A stretch of DNA of 57,207 bases from assembly GCA_053919585.1 (NCBI GenBank), contig CM132788.1; one strand, given 5' to 3'. A program made the translations under genes and the position numbers. The stretch comes from Euprymna scolopes. Taxonomy: Eukaryota. Position 1 is the stretch's first letter, and every line of letters starts with the position of its first letter. The notes below the pieces were generated by a model, which was not told the origin of the DNA, did no database searches, and saw nothing but the letters and a program-made list of their open reading frames with translations. This document shows positions 52,984 to 57,207 of this stretch, piece after piece.

Positions 52984-54660
52984 CAGGTGCTTGTGCCAGA
53001 CGAATGGGAATGCCTCAAAGACCGTAAAGAACTGTCTTTTTAAGCTTGTCGGATGAGAGAAGCAGAGTTATCTCAAACTCCTCTCAGTATTGTCGGATAC
53101 GGGTTTAGATATATTCTAATTCATTTATCTGCCCTCACTATAACAGTGCTGCCTTTATAAAACGTAAAGTGTTTTTGTGGGCTCACCCCCGCCCAGAGTG
53201 ATTTGTTGGAAAACTTATCCCACAAAGATCTTTCATAAAATTTAAGAGTTTGTGGCATGAGGAATATCTCCTTGGATTGAGGGAGCTAACTCACAACTTG
53301 TATCAGGCCGATTTTGATGTGGCAATTGATATGGTTCTCAAAAACCCTGCCAAATCTCACCTGTACTGGTCTATGGGCAGAGTGATTAAGGTTACCCGGG
53401 GGGGGGGTGCACGCATGCAAGATCAGCCCTCATTAAGAAGGCTGATGGCACTACTCAGGAGCATTCACTTCAGCATCTCTTTTCTTTAGAGTTGTCTATT
53501 ACTCATTCTCATCAGACCTGAGCCCGCGGAAGAGGGTTCCGATTTAAGAGATTCACTAGGAATTCCAGGTGATACCATCAATGGTTGATTCCAGGCCTCG
53601 TAGGAATCTTGTGAGAGTTAGTGACAGGAATGAGGATTAACTGTGGTATTAAGCTGAATATGTGTTATTGGGTGAACATCCTAGTTGAGTAGTTTTCCCC
53701 TTTGCTCCCAAAGAAATTTTTTCTTGTCGGAAATTTATTGACAGTCGTGGAAGGCGATGCAGGGCAAATGGGAGGTCAGTATTTTGTTCAGCCTGTAGCA
53801 TGCCTGTTCCCATCCACTTCTCATACTGGCCCATTATCTAGCAGTCGTTGAACTGAAGGACTTTTCAGCTGGCGAACGTGTGCGTATGTGTCTCGCAGAT
53901 GTTTACCATGTGTTCTCGTTAATGATTGGCCAATTCTGAAATCAATCTCTGGAACCCCTTTTTTCCTAGCACTTTTTTTGAGTTAGTTCCAGAAAAAATG
54001 TATTGAGAGAAAGACGCGTTTTTTGGGGCTCAGTCATGCAGATAGACAAAACATTCAACCACCTGGAAAAACGCCTTTATTGAATGGTTGATATTAAAGT
54101 TTTACAAAACACCATTTGAAGAAAGCAACACCTTTCAACGAAAGACTTATTGCTAAAGAGAAGATAACCCTTTCCAGAGGAAAGGATCTACATTCAGACT
54201 GCTCTTGGGCGAGAGAGAGCCCAACCTTCAGACCCTTTGAAAGTTTCATTTGTCCTGAAGAAATGACAAAAGAGACTAAAAAAATTTCAACATTTCGAGA
54301 ACTTTCATGTTTTTTTTTCACATCCAGACCTTTTCAAGTAAGCCTTTCTTTAAATTGCAAGGGATACAAGAACGCCCCCCCCTTTTAAGGTCTAATTTCG
54401 TGACTTCATTGTAAAACTTTTTCCTTAGTATTTCTTTTTCTTCGAGTTGTAATATGTTGGTTAAAATTTGTTTATGTAAATGTTGCCATTGCTTTTTGGA
54501 AGCAAAAAGCAATCCACCACTTTCTTTCCAAATAAACTTCAGAATTTTAAATTAATTCAAGGTCTTTCATTTTTTTTCTTGTTGCATAACTATTTTCCCC
54601 TTTTTTGTTCAAGTTACACTACAAAGTCGAATTTTGGTGACGACCCCGAAAATTTCGATA
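49765..54660 (+). mobile_element. BEL/Pao LTR retrotransposon remnant (RNase H and integrase only)
   Basis: IFCD.S..AFG..AY, LVFSKA.VAPL, TLP.LEL, DNP.DLIT, W.GP, RTRGRL, HPILLP, GIDFTG, MYILLFTC, RALHLEL, WHEEYL..LRE. LTR2 is 53725-54660 (TGTCGGAAATTT...AAATTTCGATA). LTR1 is about 49765-50750 with an uncertain start. Confidence 0.85.
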
Positions 54661-54770
54661 GTACATGTTTGTCCCACCATTCTTAGATTTTTTCATCTGT
54701 GCTTCATGTCAAATGTATATATGGTTTTGCAATTGACTTTAGTCATATATATATATATATATATATATAT

Positions 54771-55530
54771 CACTGGTCTTTATCTCAGTTGGGATTCCTT
54801 TGCACCCACAACCAGGAAACTTAATCTTATTAGAAACCTAACCCATCGGGCAGTTATTTGTTCCCCACCTTTTGATTCGGAAATTAACATTAAAAGGATT
54901 TTCATTATGAATGGATATCCGCCTCCATTAGTTAACAAAGTTATTAAGAAAATTCAATCCTTTTCTGAGCTACCAAAATATGGTCCATCTAGACTTCCAG
55001 TATACCTTAAGTTACCCGGGATTGGACCTTATGGCCAACTTATTGGCAATAAGATTTCCTCTCTGGTGTCTAATTTTGGTGCTCTATCCCTCCGAATTGC
55101 TTTTTCCACAAAATCCGCCTTTCCCTCATTTCGTAAGGATGTCTTGCCTATCTCTCAATCAAGCAATATTGCTTACAAATTTCAATGTGTAGTGTGTAGT
55201 GCCGTCTATATAACCAAGACGGCCCAGCGTCTTCAGGTTAGAATCGCCCAACATGTTCCCCGCTCCATCCGAGACCATCAACCTACTATCAGAAGGTCTC
55301 AATCGGTAGAATCGTCTTGCATTCTCACTGGAGTGTTTTTCTGTTTTGCACCGAGGACGTACAAAGTTCCACCTGTATCCTCGAGGCAGTGAGGCAGAGG
55401 CACTCGCCATCATTTCCAGCCTCCTACTTTGTGCAAGCAGAGAAACCTCCGGCTTCAATTAGAATTATTTAGGTAGTCAGTTTTTGTTTTTTGTACCTCT
55501 CCTCCGCTCTTACTCCATCCACTACCTAAT

Positions 55531-55568
<38 letters not shown>

Positions 55569-55600
55569 GACATACCCTTGAAAAGTTAGTCTGAACGAAA
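54771..55600 (+). mobile_element. 5'-truncated Penelope/Poseidon-type PLE (RT thumb and GIY-YIG), starting after (TA)n
   Basis: TGLYL.WDSF.P...K.NLI..L..RA, NGYP, VYLKLP, KD.LP, NIAYKFQC..C.A.YI.KT.QRL..RI.QH. Confidence 0.85.
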
Positions 55601-56352
55601 AGCGCTTCGGCTGTATATATGTTTTTTAATCGACTTATTTTACTGAATTGTACATTTGTTACATGTAACTTCCCATTTTTTTTTCTTCACTGTTTTCCAT
55701 CTTATTTTAGTCGACTGAATTTCCGCTAATTTCTTTACAATTATTTTTACATTTTGCCAATCATATATTCCTGTCTGTTCACAATTTGATTAATATATAC
55801 AAAAGTTTCCTAACTTTACGCTTTCATTTATTTCTATTGTTTTAAGTGTTCTATTTAAAATTATTCAATTTTTTTTTAAACTATATCGATAACATTTATT
55901 TGGAATTATTCCAACAGATATTAATTTTTTTTAGACTATTTGCCCCTAAAAATTTCCGAACATTCCATTTGTTATTCTTTAAACGGCTATACAGAAATCT
56001 AAATTTTTACGATGTGACCCAGCGTTGTTTGACACCTAGAAAGTAAAAAAAAAAAAAAAAAAATAAATAAATAAATAAATAAATTTTAAAAAAAAAACTT
56101 CTGCCCCCCCCCCCGCCCTCTAAATTCCACAATTTAGAATTCTTTTCACGTTAATCTTATCAATTACAAACTTAAATTTCTAATTAGAAAAGAAGAAAAA
56201 AGGGTAAATTTTTCCGTGACCTCAAGTACTATTTAAGTGGCTTTCTATTTGATAGTTTACTGCCGAATTTGTCAAGTTTCGAACAGAGTAATTGATTTTT
56301 TGGTGCAAGTCTATAAATGGTCCACAAGTAATCTTTTTTACTATAAAAATAG

Positions 56353-56750
56353 TAAAAAATCTTTATAATGTACGTACTTGTCACTGCATGAAAATGTCAT
56401 ATTCCAAAAATCACGTAAATCGATCAAGTAGTTTTATTTGTTTTTAAGAAAATCAAATATGAGACATTTTATCGAAGAAAAACTTCGACATCTTATTTCT
56501 GAATTATACACTACCAGCGACACCTATTGGAAATGTTTGGAATATAAGACCAGAAAGGGGCAGACAATCTACTTTCCACACTAGAAAAAACTTGGATAAT
56601 TAAGACATTTAAGTTTTTGAGGATGTTGAAAACGAAAATAACGTTTAAAACTCCAGCAAACGAGTAGTTTCCAAGATATGAAGAATTTTGCGTAAATTCT
56701 TCTACTCCAACAAAAATTCGGCAAATGTGTATTTCAGCAGCGTAAATTCA

Positions 56751-56788
<38 letters not shown>

Positions 56789-57207
56789 TAGTGGTGGCCA
56801 TAAAGTGGATGATCATTATACGTTTAATTATAGAAAAGTGATAACCCACTTTCTTTAAACTAACATTTCTTCATATCTTGGAAACTACTCGTTTGCTGGA
56901 ATTTTAAACGTTATTTTCGTTTTCAACATCTTCAAAAACTTATGTCTTAAATTTTCCAAGTTTTTTTCTATAGTATGGAAAGTCGACTGTCTGCCCCACC
57001 TTTCTCGTCTTATATTCCAAACATTTCCAATAGGTGTCGCTAGCAGGGTATCATTCAAAAACAAGATGTCGTGAAGTTTATCTTCGATAAAATGTCTCAT
57101 AATATTTGATTTTCTTAAATAAAAAAACTACTTGAGCGATTTACGTAATTTTTGGAATATGACATTTTCATGCAGTGACAAGTACGTACATTATAAATAT
57201 TTTTTCA
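56353..57207. mobile_element. Long inverted repeat (foldback or MITE-like), running off the window
   Basis: Arm 56353-56685 is a close reverse complement of 56867-57207, with a 181-bp spacer and no coding motifs. Confidence 0.85.

Overview
AT-rich eukaryotic (probably invertebrate animal) genomic DNA with two N gaps. It is almost entirely decayed, nested transposable elements; no intact long ORF, rRNA, tRNA or CRISPR array is visible. Recognisable elements: one Naiad-type Penelope-like element (PLE) with N-terminal GIY-YIG, four Penelope/Poseidon-type PLE remnants, CR1-like and RTE LINE fragments, two Ty3/Gypsy remnants, one BEL/Pao remnant and several solo LTRs. DNA transposons include three Tc1/mariner types (DD41D, IS630/Tc1-like and plant-type DD39D-like), a Helentron/Helitron2-like remnant, a Chapaev3-like fragment and a long-arm foldback at the window end. 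The most striking structure is a 55 x 22-bp tandem array that is an expansion of the right terminal inverted repeat (TIR) of the IS630/Tc1-like transposon. The Naiad element has an in-frame TGA at a likely Cys position and a SECIS-like hairpin downstream, which is speculative. Four phase-compatible minus-strand exon candidates may belong to an unidentified host gene whose introns hold the TEs. All family calls come from recalled protein motifs, not database searches.
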